Virus record (IMG/VR): IMGVR_UViG_3300025389_000093
Location: 1 to 27,359 of that record
Source of the DNA: a virus
Lineage: Duplodnaviria; Caudoviricetes
Reading direction: 5' to 3' (one strand)
Length of the DNA: 27,359 nucleotides
The translations under genes were made by a program, and so were the position numbers. This document shows positions 6,582 through 14,934 of the stretch, one piece after another. The notes under the pieces were generated by a model. That model searched no databases and was not told where the DNA came from. It saw only the letters and a program-made list of their open reading frames with translations. How positions within the stretch are numbered: position 1 is the stretch's first letter; every line of letters starts with the position of its first letter.

Positions 6582-9515
6582 TTATAATGTACTTAAACTC
6601 TTTAACCTTGCCTGTCTTTGTTGAGCGGTAGTTAATTCACTTTGTACAACATATGTTTTAATTATTGGTTGTTCATTAGGACCATTTATAGTTTTTGGAT
6701 TATCATTACGAGGTTGTCCTACTGCAGATTGTGTAAATGGAACACCACCCGCAGCAACATTCATCAAAGATAATATTGGACCGAATGCTGTTACAGCTCC
6801 TCTCGTCATTACTGCTTCCCCACCTTCAAGCATTGCAGGAACACCTCCTGCAGTATGTGATGGTCCACTGATATAACCTCCTGATCCATAGTTCTTTCCT
6901 CTATTAATTGTATCACCACCTCCTCCACCACCACCTGAAGCACCATCAATTTGTGCAAAACCTGCGGCAGTTGCTGCAAGTACACCAGCAATACCAATAT
7001 ACTCAGAAGTTTTAACCATTGCAGTAACAGTTGCAAGTTGTGCTGCTGCGGGAATTGCAGTAATTGGATTTACCAATAAAGGTGCTGCAACTGCTGTCGC
7101 TGTGGCAATACCTGCATTAGCATCCACAATAATCTTTGCAATTTGTGCTGCGGATTGTATTGCAAGAGCAAGATGTTGAATATCTTTATTTCCTTTAGCA
7201 TAAGTGTTTGCAAGTGAAACCAATGTATTACCAATATCTGTGGCCCAACCAACTTCGGTTAATGCAATTTGATGTTTCCTATTAATTTCATCTACTTTAA
7301 TTTGAACTAAATTATTTGAGTATTTTTCTTGTGCCTTAATTTGTTGTTGTGATCCCATTTCAGCATCACCTTTTTCTGCAGCATATTCTGAATAAGCCGC
7401 AGTTCTTCTTTTTGCATAATAATCATTAGTTATAAACTCAACATATTTAGCATGCTCTTGTTCAGAAGACGCTCTATCTTTTAATTCTCCAACAGTAATT
7501 GCGGTCATTTTTTGTTGGTGTTCTTTTGCAAGTAATTCCAACATTTCTGAATTACCTTCATAATCATCTTGTTGTTTCTTATATCGTGCCATTTCAAGTG
7601 CACGTTCTTGATCGTAATATTCTTGAGTTTGAGTTAATAACCCATTGAGTTTCAATTGTTGTTTTGTTATTTCCGCTTGATCTTCTTTGTCTGTAATATC
7701 ATCCAATGCTTTCTGTAATTTTGTTTTTGCATTTAATATTACATCATTTTTAGTTTCTTCATTTTTACCAGCTTCAATAACTTGTTTATCATATTCGGCT
7801 TGAGCAATATCTTTTAAGGATTGGAAATATTCTTCACTATCTTTAGCTGCGGCTTCTCTTTCTCTTGTATGTAAATCTATAACCGCTTGAGCTCTTCTTG
7901 CTTCATCTTCAATTATAGCGTCATTAATCTTTTTTCTATCAATTTTATCTCTTAAATTACGTTCATTTTGAGATAATTGTATATTAACATTTTCTCTATC
8001 AACAAGTTGGTTTCTTTGTTTAACTAATTTAACTAATTCATCTTTAGATGTATTTTCTTTTTTAATTTCTAATTCAATCTTTGCATCCAAATCTCTTAAT
8101 TGATTTTGATAAGATCTTTTGTTTTGTTCTTCTATTCCTGAATATCCTTCTTTATTTACTTCTGCAGCACTTTGAATTTGTTGTTTTTCTAAATCATTTA
8201 CATTTTTTTGTGCATCTTCATATAATTTTTGTGCTTTATCTAATTCTTCTTTGGAAATACCTAAAATTCCACCTTTTCTTTTTGTATTTTCCTCTGCATT
8301 TTTTAAATTATTTCTTGCTTCATTCAATGCATTTGTATATAATTTATAATCTTCTTTAGCATCGGCCAATCCTTGTTTCCTAATTGATGCTTCAGATGCA
8401 TTATTTGCTTTCATTTCTGCCAATCTATCTGATTGACGTTTTTTTGCATCAATTAAATTTAATTCTAAAACTTCTTTAGTTTCTTTAATTGAAGTATTTA
8501 ATTGATCATTTGCAACAGTTGCCGCATTTGTACCTGTAAGCCAATCCTTAAGAAATGCACCAATTGGTATTAAAACAACAGCACCTAATAATGCATAAAA
8601 TGCTGCAAGTGATGCTTCAGCAATAACTATTGCAACATCTAATGCTCTCATTGCAACAGTAAATAAAGTAGTACTCGTTGTGGCAGTTGTAGTTGCCACA
8701 GTTAAACCATCTGTGGATGCAGTTAAACCATTAGTAGTTAAAATACCAATTTTTTCTTGAATATTTAAAAGATTTTGTTTTTCAACAGAAATTTCAGTTT
8801 GAAGTGAATTTCTCATCCTTGATTTAGTAGATTCATCTTCAACTGGAATATTTTCTAAGGTTGCTAAGGTATTTTGTTTTTGAATAATATATTCTTGAGT
8901 AAGTGCTTCTTGTTTTTTAAGAATTGATAAAGTATCTGTATCTCTTGCTTTGGCATTTACAATTTGAGCATCCGTATTAGCAACAGCAGCGGTTGTATCT
9001 GCAGCCTGTGCAGTTGCACTTCCACCTAATGCCGCCGTTTCAGCAGTTGCAGCAGTTGTATTAACAGCATTAGCACCAGCATTAGCGGTATTTGTACTTG
9101 CATTAACGGTATTACCAATACCAGGAATATTTTTAGTTAAACTTTCTCCTGTAAATGTTGCTTTTAAAATTTGAAATTGTGATTTTAAATCTTCAAAAGA
9201 TAATTGTGATAATTCCCTCAAAGCAACCAAACTCATTTGAATAACTCCAAAGAAATTACCCATAGCACCAGGTAATAATGATAATGATCCAAATAACTCC
9301 CTACTTCTTGTTTGAGTTGCTTGAAGACCCATTTGAGCATCAGCAAGTAATAATCTCACAGATTGTCTCTGAGCTTCATTATATGAAGTATTGGATAATT
9401 CTTGTCTTAGGTATCTTACTTGTTTCTGTAAAGATACCATATCATTGGTCCATTTGGTGACGGTTCCATCATCGGTAATTTCGAGGTGGAGTTTGGTATA
9501 TCCTTCTAATGCCAT
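6582..9515 (-). CDS. Tail tape measure protein
   Basis: 977 aa, long coiled coil, Ala/Thr-rich and hydrophobic segments, C-terminal GGYISGPSH.AGGVP..LEGGEAVM and IKTYVV.SELT.AQ motifs. Confidence 0.8.
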   Translation of the reverse strand: MALEGYTKLHLEITDDGTVTKWTNDMVSLQKQVRYLRQELSNTSYNEAQRQSVRLLLADAQMGLQATQTRSRELFGSLSLLPGAMGNFFGVIQMSLVALRELSQLSFEDLKSQFQILKATFTGESLTKNIPGIGNTVNASTNTANAGANAVNTTAATAETAALGGSATAQAADTTAAVANTDAQIVNAKARDTDTLSILKKQEALTQEYIIQKQNTLATLENIPVEDESTKSRMRNSLQTEISVEKQNLLNIQEKIGILTTNGLTASTDGLTVATTTATTSTTLFTVAMRALDVAIVIAEASLAAFYALLGAVVLIPIGAFLKDWLTGTNAATVANDQLNTSIKETKEVLELNLIDAKKRQSDRLAEMKANNASEASIRKQGLADAKEDYKLYTNALNEARNNLKNAEENTKRKGGILGISKEELDKAQKLYEDAQKNVNDLEKQQIQSAAEVNKEGYSGIEEQNKRSYQNQLRDLDAKIELEIKKENTSKDELVKLVKQRNQLVDRENVNIQLSQNERNLRDKIDRKKINDAIIEDEARRAQAVIDLHTREREAAAKDSEEYFQSLKDIAQAEYDKQVIEAGKNEETKNDVILNAKTKLQKALDDITDKEDQAEITKQQLKLNGLLTQTQEYYDQERALEMARYKKQQDDYEGNSEMLELLAKEHQQKMTAITVGELKDRASSEQEHAKYVEFITNDYYAKRRTAAYSEYAAEKGDAEMGSQQQIKAQEKYSNNLVQIKVDEINRKHQIALTEVGWATDIGNTLVSLANTYAKGNKDIQHLALAIQSAAQIAKIIVDANAGIATATAVAAPLLVNPITAIPAAAQLATVTAMVKTSEYIGIAGVLAATAAGFAQIDGASGGGGGGGDTINRGKNYGSGGYISGPSHTAGGVPAMLEGGEAVMTRGAVTAFGPILSLMNVAAGGVPFTQSAVGQPRNDNPKTINGPNEQPIIKTYVVQSELTTAQQRQARLKSLSTL

Positions 9516-9517
9516 AT

Positions 9518-9715
9518 CTATCTATTTTCGTTTAATTCAGCAGTGAACGCCAAATCCAATAAATCTTTATTTTGTGTTTTTAAATTTTGAATCGATCTAA
9601 AATCAATCTTAGTCATTTTTGGTAGATTCTTTGCTACTTCATAAAACTTCAATTCAAATACTGTTGTATGAACATTTTCAAAATCTAATAATTCTTTATC
9701 TGTATATATTTTCAT
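9518..9715 (-). CDS. Small hypothetical protein
   Basis: Track ORF 9518..9736; likely start is MKIYTDKE at 9715, which avoids overlap. Stop abuts the tape measure ATG. Confidence 0.55.
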   Translation of the reverse strand: MKIYTDKELLDFENVHTTVFELKFYEVAKNLPKMTKIDFRSIQNLKTQNKDLLDLAFTAELNENR

Positions 9716-9726
9716 ATTAATTAATT

Positions 9727-11148
9727 TTAAGTACAAGAACAGTTATTATTTGTAATTGATGCTGAAAATACTGCTGACGGATAATTTGTTGTTATATATG
9801 AACTGGTTACATTTGATACCAATTTTTCACAACAAATACCAACAATTGTAGCATGAGTTACATTTCCTGATGCATGATTTACATAATAATAATTTGAGTT
9901 TGTAGGACAATCCCAATAAACATCATATGTTGCTGGAATTGGTGTAGGAGTTGGGGTAGGACAAATTGTAGTTGATGTAATATGACCTTCTGATCCTGTT
10001 ACAATATAAACTGTTCCACTATAATAATATTCACCATTAGGTACAATATCACTTAAATCTGGTAACCATAATTGAGTACCAATATCAAATGAACCATAAT
10101 AATGATAAGTTGCTGGTGTTGAATTAGTACATGCAGCACCCGGTGTTCCACCACTATACATCACAATATCATTAACTATTGGAGTAGCGGTTGGTGTAGC
10201 CGTAGGGGTCGGAGTTGGGGTAAAAGTTGGTCCACCTGTAGGGGTCGGAGTTGGTGTAGCCGTAGGAGTAGGGGTTGGGGTAGAAGTTAGTGTAGGAGTA
10301 GGAGTTGGGGTTGGACCACAAACATATCCTGCTCTACAATCACCTGTACCAGGTCCTGTTAAATAACTTTGATCAATTCCATATGTATCCGTTGGGTTAA
10401 ATTGAACAACACCACCTACATATTCAATACAAGCAAAGTAAATTGATGGTCCAATTGTATAATCAATAACCGTATCAACACCATAACAATTGTTATATCT
10501 TAATGATGCAATAACTGTTCCTTCTCCTGACGTTGTTCCTGTAACATGAATTGGGTAACAATAACAATAATTTACAGGTGTAGGAGTAGGGGTTGGTGTA
10601 AAAGTTGGTCCTCCTGTAGGAGTAGGGGTTGGGGTTCCAATAGTTGGGGTAGGTGTAGGAGTTGGAGTTGGTACTGTTACATAAATTCCATTGTGTGAAA
10701 TTGGAAATACACATCTTTTTCCTAATAATCTTAATTCAATATAATATAATCCACTTGAAAAAGAAGTTTGACCTACCATATCAGGTGTTACAACTAAATT
10801 ATAGTCAGTAACAACCCAAGTTGTTTCATTTACATCACTATCTTGTTGAGCATCAACACAAATCCATGGTTTAAAATATTGTTTATCTGGTGTTTGTAGA
10901 TGTAAAGACATATAATTCAAATATCCATTTACAGGAGAAATGAATGGTTCAGCACCATTTAAAAACATATTATAAGCAAGATGGATATGAATATTACCAT
11001 CAACATATGTAATATCAATTGCTTCAATATTACCTGTTACACTATTTTCTTGTAGATTATGGATAATTTCAACATCATATTCAGCCAATTTATTATTGGG
11101 AAAAACGAAATTGTCGTTAGTAACCTGTGCTATATATTTCTTGCTCAT
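9727..11148 (-). CDS. Pro-Thr repeat, Cys-rich putative virion surface protein
   Basis: 473 aa; three (PT)n tracts separating an N-terminal beta domain and small Cys-containing modules. Confidence 0.65.
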   Translation of the reverse strand: MSKKYIAQVTNDNFVFPNNKLAEYDVEIIHNLQENSVTGNIEAIDITYVDGNIHIHLAYNMFLNGAEPFISPVNGYLNYMSLHLQTPDKQYFKPWICVDAQQDSDVNETTWVVTDYNLVVTPDMVGQTSFSSGLYYIELRLLGKRCVFPISHNGIYVTVPTPTPTPTPTIGTPTPTPTGGPTFTPTPTPTPVNYCYCYPIHVTGTTSGEGTVIASLRYNNCYGVDTVIDYTIGPSIYFACIEYVGGVVQFNPTDTYGIDQSYLTGPGTGDCRAGYVCGPTPTPTPTLTSTPTPTPTATPTPTPTGGPTFTPTPTPTATPTATPIVNDIVMYSGGTPGAACTNSTPATYHYYGSFDIGTQLWLPDLSDIVPNGEYYYSGTVYIVTGSEGHITSTTICPTPTPTPIPATYDVYWDCPTNSNYYYVNHASGNVTHATIVGICCEKLVSNVTSSYITTNYPSAVFSASITNNNCSCT

Positions 11149-11157
11149 ATTCTAATA

Positions 11158-11193
11158 TTAAATATAATTTTTTGTATTTTGTAATTTTAAATT
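11158..11193. repeat. 36-bp direct repeat copy 1, containing the promoter motif
   Basis: ttaaatataattttttgtattttgtaattttaaatt; 33/36 identical to 11758-11793. Confidence 0.85.
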
Positions 11194-11746
11194 AACAAGG
11201 ACCAATATCTGTCCAATATCCTGAACCATATAATAAAGTAATTGAACCTTGTTGAGCACATATTGTACCACCAGCCGGTAATACAAACATTGTATGATAA
11301 ACATTGGAACAATCATACCAACCAATTTCATATTCAAATGGAATCCCACCTGAAAGTTGATAGGTTCTGCAAGGTGCAGGTGTAGGAGTTGGAGTTGGAG
11401 TAGGACATAAACCATTATTTGTTACAGTCCATACATTACCACCATTATCGGCACTAAATCCACAAACATAAACAGTTGCTCCACCTGGTGGTACATCAGT
11501 ACCAGCTGTAAAAACATAATTTGTTTGATAAACATTATTACAATCATACCAATGATAAGCATATGCACTACTTTTTGTAAGTGTTACTGCATTTGTTAAT
11601 TTCCAATTCACACAAGGAGGTAAAGGAGTAGGAGTTGGGGTTGGAGTAGGTGTAGGAAATTGAAAGCCTTCATTAGGGAATATTTGTGTACTCCCTAAGA
11701 ATGCAAAACTTATTTCTTTATTTCCAACATTAATTTTTTCACTCAT
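11192..11746 (-). CDS. Pro-Thr repeat protein with two Cys-rich (W-Y-D-C) modules; putative fibre accessory protein
   Basis: 184 aa; N-terminal INVGNKEISFAFLGSTQIF, then (PT)n-module-(PT)n-module. Confidence 0.65.
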   Translation of the reverse strand: MSEKINVGNKEISFAFLGSTQIFPNEGFQFPTPTPTPTPTPLPPCVNWKLTNAVTLTKSSAYAYHWYDCNNVYQTNYVFTAGTDVPPGGATVYVCGFSADNGGNVWTVTNNGLCPTPTPTPTPAPCRTYQLSGGIPFEYEIGWYDCSNVYHTMFVLPAGGTICAQQGSITLLYGSGYWTDIGPC

Positions 11747-11757
11747 ATTATTCTATT

Positions 11758-11793
11758 TTAAATATAATTTTTGGTGTTTTGTATTTTTAAATT
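11758..11793. repeat. 36-bp direct repeat copy 2, containing the promoter motif
   Basis: ttaaatataatttttggtgttttgtatttttaaatt; exactly 600 bp from copy 1. Confidence 0.85.
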
Positions 11794-11796
11794 GGT

Positions 11797-12294
11797 TTAT
11801 GGCCATCCATCTATCCATTCTAATGTAACATAATCTGTTACTTTAAGTGCACCAGGATATAAAATTGTACTACCATCTGTTGTTGGTGAAGAACAACTAT
11901 AAGTATTATTATTTATATTTCCACCTGTTACTTTTAAAATATCATTTATATATAATCTACTAAATGTTCTATTTCTTGTAATAATTGTATCTGTTCTACA
12001 AATAGTTCTATTTAATTGAAAGTTTAAATTTATTCCATCACTCCAATCATAAATATTTGATAATGGTTGATATTGTGTTGTAAATCCACTATAAGTATTT
12101 GTTGTATAAGAAACACTTTGTCCATTACTTAATGGTCCATTATCAGGATTTATTGTACCATAAGGACTTGCTAAATTCCAATCGGCATTTAATCCACTTA
12201 CATTAATTGAACTATAAGATGTAGTACCAGTTACGGTATATCTAAATCTAATATAAGGTCCTTCTTGTATATAACTAAATGGTAATATAATCAT
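11797..12294 (-). CDS. Hypothetical beta-rich protein, candidate fibre-tip adhesin
   Basis: Track ORF 11797..12342; likely start is MIILPFSYIQ at 12294, coupled to the fibre stop by TAA-A-ATG. Confidence 0.55.
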   Translation of the reverse strand: MIILPFSYIQEGPYIRFRYTVTGTTSYSSINVSGLNADWNLASPYGTINPDNGPLSNGQSVSYTTNTYSGFTTQYQPLSNIYDWSDGINLNFQLNRTICRTDTIITRNRTFSRLYINDILKVTGGNINNNTYSCSSPTTDGSTILYPGALKVTDYVTLEWIDGWP

Positions 12295-12295
12295 T

Positions 12296-14932
12296 TTATA
12301 TGAAATTTTTGATACTTGACAAATACATACTACCAGTATCAAATGATACTAATGTAACAATATCTGTACTTTTGGTTAATGTTGGAATGTAAGCAGAACC
12401 TGATGGTTGTTTTACATTGGATGAAAAACTAACTGTTGCAGAACCTGTTGTGGCCATTTGAATATTAACAGTTTGTCCTTTATTTATATTAGTTAAATTA
12501 ATAAATGTATTACTACCACTTACTAATTGTAATGTATAATAATTACCATTATTTAAATTTAAAGATGCTGTATTAGATGAAATAGTTAAAGCATTTACAA
12601 AACCTTGAACTGAACCTGTTATAATTACTGAACCTGTTAATATTAAAGAACCAGTTATTGATTGTGTTGTTGATATTGAACCTGTTGTTATTAAACCAAC
12701 TAAAGAACCAACTCCTGATGTTCCACTTGTTCCTGAAGTTCCACTTGTACCATTACTTCCTGATGTACCAGAACTTCCTGAAGGTCCAGTACTTCCACTT
12801 GTACCAGATGATCCACTTGTTCCATTACTTCCTCTTGTTCCTGAAGAACCTGATGTACCCGATACTCCTGACGTTCCCGATGTTCCATTTGTTCCTGCTT
12901 GAGCCATTAAAGACCAATAATTAGAACCTGGATCTGCACCAGGAACATAATTCAAATTACCATCTACATTTGATACCCATGCGGAACCATTATAATTTAC
13001 AGTATCATTTGTATTATATGTTGTTGTTCCTGTCCAAACTCCAATAAATTTATATCCTAAACCACTGCTTCCTGAAGTACCACTTGTACCTGATGAACCA
13101 TTAGATCCACTTGTACCTGAAGTACCACTACTTCCTCTTGTACCTGAACTTCCTGACGTTCCATTTGATCCCGATGTACCTGAAGAACCTGATGATCCAT
13201 TTGTTCCATTCGATCCAGATGTTCCTGAAGAACCTGATGATCCATTTGTTCCATTCGATCCAGATGTTCCTGATGTACCATTACTTCCTGATGTTCCACT
13301 TGTACCATTACTTCCTGAAGTACCTGATGATCCACTTGTTCCTGAAGATCCATTTCCACCTAATGAAACAAAGTTTAACATAACATTTTGAGTGGGAGGA
13401 GGAATTGAACCTCCTGTGAATGTTGCCGCTACTCTATAATAATTTGATATTAGAGTTGGAGAACCATTTATATTGAATTTTCCTAATGTAGTTCCTGTTA
13501 AAGACATTATATACAATAAACCTAATAAATTTGTATCATCCCAACTTTCAATCCATGGACCTTCATTATATCCATTTAAATCTGTATTACTTATATATAA
13601 ATAATTGTTAGGAGCATCAAACGCAAAACCACCTGCTGCAACAGAACCTGGTGTACCACTTGTACTGAAAATACTATACATTGGTAAAGAACTTCTTCCT
13701 GATGATCCTGATGTTCCATTTGAACCTGATGTACCACTATTACCAGAAGTTCCGGATGATCCATTGGTTCCATTTGATCCTGATGTACCACTAGTTCCTG
13801 ATGTACCATTACTTCCTGAAGTTCCCGATGTACCATTACTTCCTGAAGTTCCACTTGAACCTGATGATCCATTTGTACCATTACTTCCTGAAGTTCCTGA
13901 TGATCCACTTGTTCCTGAAGTTCCACTAGTACCAGCTTGAGACATTATTGACCAATGTGTAGTATCAGATGGAGGGGGAGTAAAAGCTCCTGAATAACTT
14001 AATATACAAATATAACTACTACCTGAATAACTTACCACATCATTTTTATTATAACTTCCACCACTAGCAACAAATACACCTCTCCATAAAAAAGATGTAC
14101 CGGAAGTTCCTGAGGTACCTGAAGAACCATTACTACCCGATGATCCACTAGTTCCTGAAGAACCATTTGTTCCATTAGAACCTGAAGTACCACTTGTACC
14201 TGAAGAACCATTGGTTCCGTTTGATCCAGATGTTCCTGATGATCCATTAGATCCATTACTTCCTGAAGTACCCGATGAACCATTAGATCCACTTGTACCT
14301 GATGTACCCGAAGTTCCGCTTGTGTTCATACTTCCACTTACCAAATATAATGTATTTTGATCTAAGGAACCTGATAATGAAAGATTTGTATATTCTGTAT
14401 TAGTTAAAGTTGTAATATTATTTACACGTGGAAGAGATTGAGTATCAGTAACATTTGTTATTACGCTTCCTGTATTACTTCCATTATAAACATTAATTGA
14501 ACCTGTAATTGTTTGTGTTCCATTAACATAAAAAGATCCTGTTATACCAACATTTTTTGAAGCATTCCAAATTGATCCTGTTAATGCAAATAAACTATCA
14601 CCTGAAGTACCACTTGTACCTGAAGTTCCATTAGAACCCGATAAACCTGAAGATCCATTTGCTCCTGATGTACCGCTTGATCCTGAAGATCCTGATGAAC
14701 CATTAGAACCTGATAAACCTGAAGATCCACTTGCTCCTGATGTTCCACTTGAACCTGATGTACCATTTGCACCATTATATCCTGACGTTCCTGACGTACC
14801 AGATGTATTATTAAACATATTTTCTCTAAGAACTTTATATGTCGTTGTTTGTGAACTATCATCCATTACCAACCACGATCCCGAGGTATTTCCAGTAAAT
14901 TCAGGTAATTCAGAAATTTTGATGTTACTCAT
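12296..14932 (-). CDS. Gly-X-Ser/Asn triplet-repeat tail fibre (collagen-like or polyglycine-II) with interspersed aromatic modules
   Basis: 878 aa; N-terminal IKISELP; five (GTS/GSS/GSN/GTN)n tracts; two G-x-W/F..Y..NDxV.Y.GS.Y/W...W modules; beta-rich C-terminal domain. Confidence 0.75.
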   Translation of the reverse strand: MSNIKISELPEFTGNTSGSWLVMDDSSQTTTYKVLRENMFNNTSGTSGTSGYNGANGTSGSSGTSGASGSSGLSGSNGSSGSSGSSGTSGANGSSGLSGSNGTSGTSGTSGDSLFALTGSIWNASKNVGITGSFYVNGTQTITGSINVYNGSNTGSVITNVTDTQSLPRVNNITTLTNTEYTNLSLSGSLDQNTLYLVSGSMNTSGTSGTSGTSGSNGSSGTSGSNGSNGSSGTSGSNGTNGSSGTSGTSGSNGTNGSSGTSGSSGSNGSSGTSGTSGTSFLWRGVFVASGGSYNKNDVVSYSGSSYICILSYSGAFTPPPSDTTHWSIMSQAGTSGTSGTSGSSGTSGSNGTNGSSGSSGTSGSNGTSGTSGSNGTSGTSGTSGSNGTNGSSGTSGNSGTSGSNGTSGSSGRSSLPMYSIFSTSGTPGSVAAGGFAFDAPNNYLYISNTDLNGYNEGPWIESWDDTNLLGLLYIMSLTGTTLGKFNINGSPTLISNYYRVAATFTGGSIPPPTQNVMLNFVSLGGNGSSGTSGSSGTSGSNGTSGTSGSNGTSGTSGSNGTNGSSGSSGTSGSNGTNGSSGSSGTSGSNGTSGSSGTRGSSGTSGTSGSNGSSGTSGTSGSSGLGYKFIGVWTGTTTYNTNDTVNYNGSAWVSNVDGNLNYVPGADPGSNYWSLMAQAGTNGTSGTSGVSGTSGSSGTRGSNGTSGSSGTSGSTGPSGSSGTSGSNGTSGTSGTSGTSGVGSLVGLITTGSISTTQSITGSLILTGSVIITGSVQGFVNALTISSNTASLNLNNGNYYTLQLVSGSNTFINLTNINKGQTVNIQMATTGSATVSFSSNVKQPSGSAYIPTLTKSTDIVTLVSFDTGSMYLSSIKNFI
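13179..13273. repeat. Perfect 45-bp tandem duplication (15 codons) in the fibre gene
   Basis: cctgaagaacctgatgatccatttgttccattcgatccagatgtt twice. Confidence 0.85.
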
Positions 14933-14934
14933 AT

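Noticed and set aside
475-9460. Short nested ORFs (475-711, 826-1104, 4702-4986, 6809-7036, 7070-7252, 8081-8359, 9278-9460) and similar ones further right
   Set aside because: Fully inside long, well-supported genes and with no recognisable motifs.
12658-14862. Several alternate-frame ORFs with QEVMVHQE or MFHLFLK repeats
   Set aside because: Off-frame readings of the 9-nt periodic fibre repeats.
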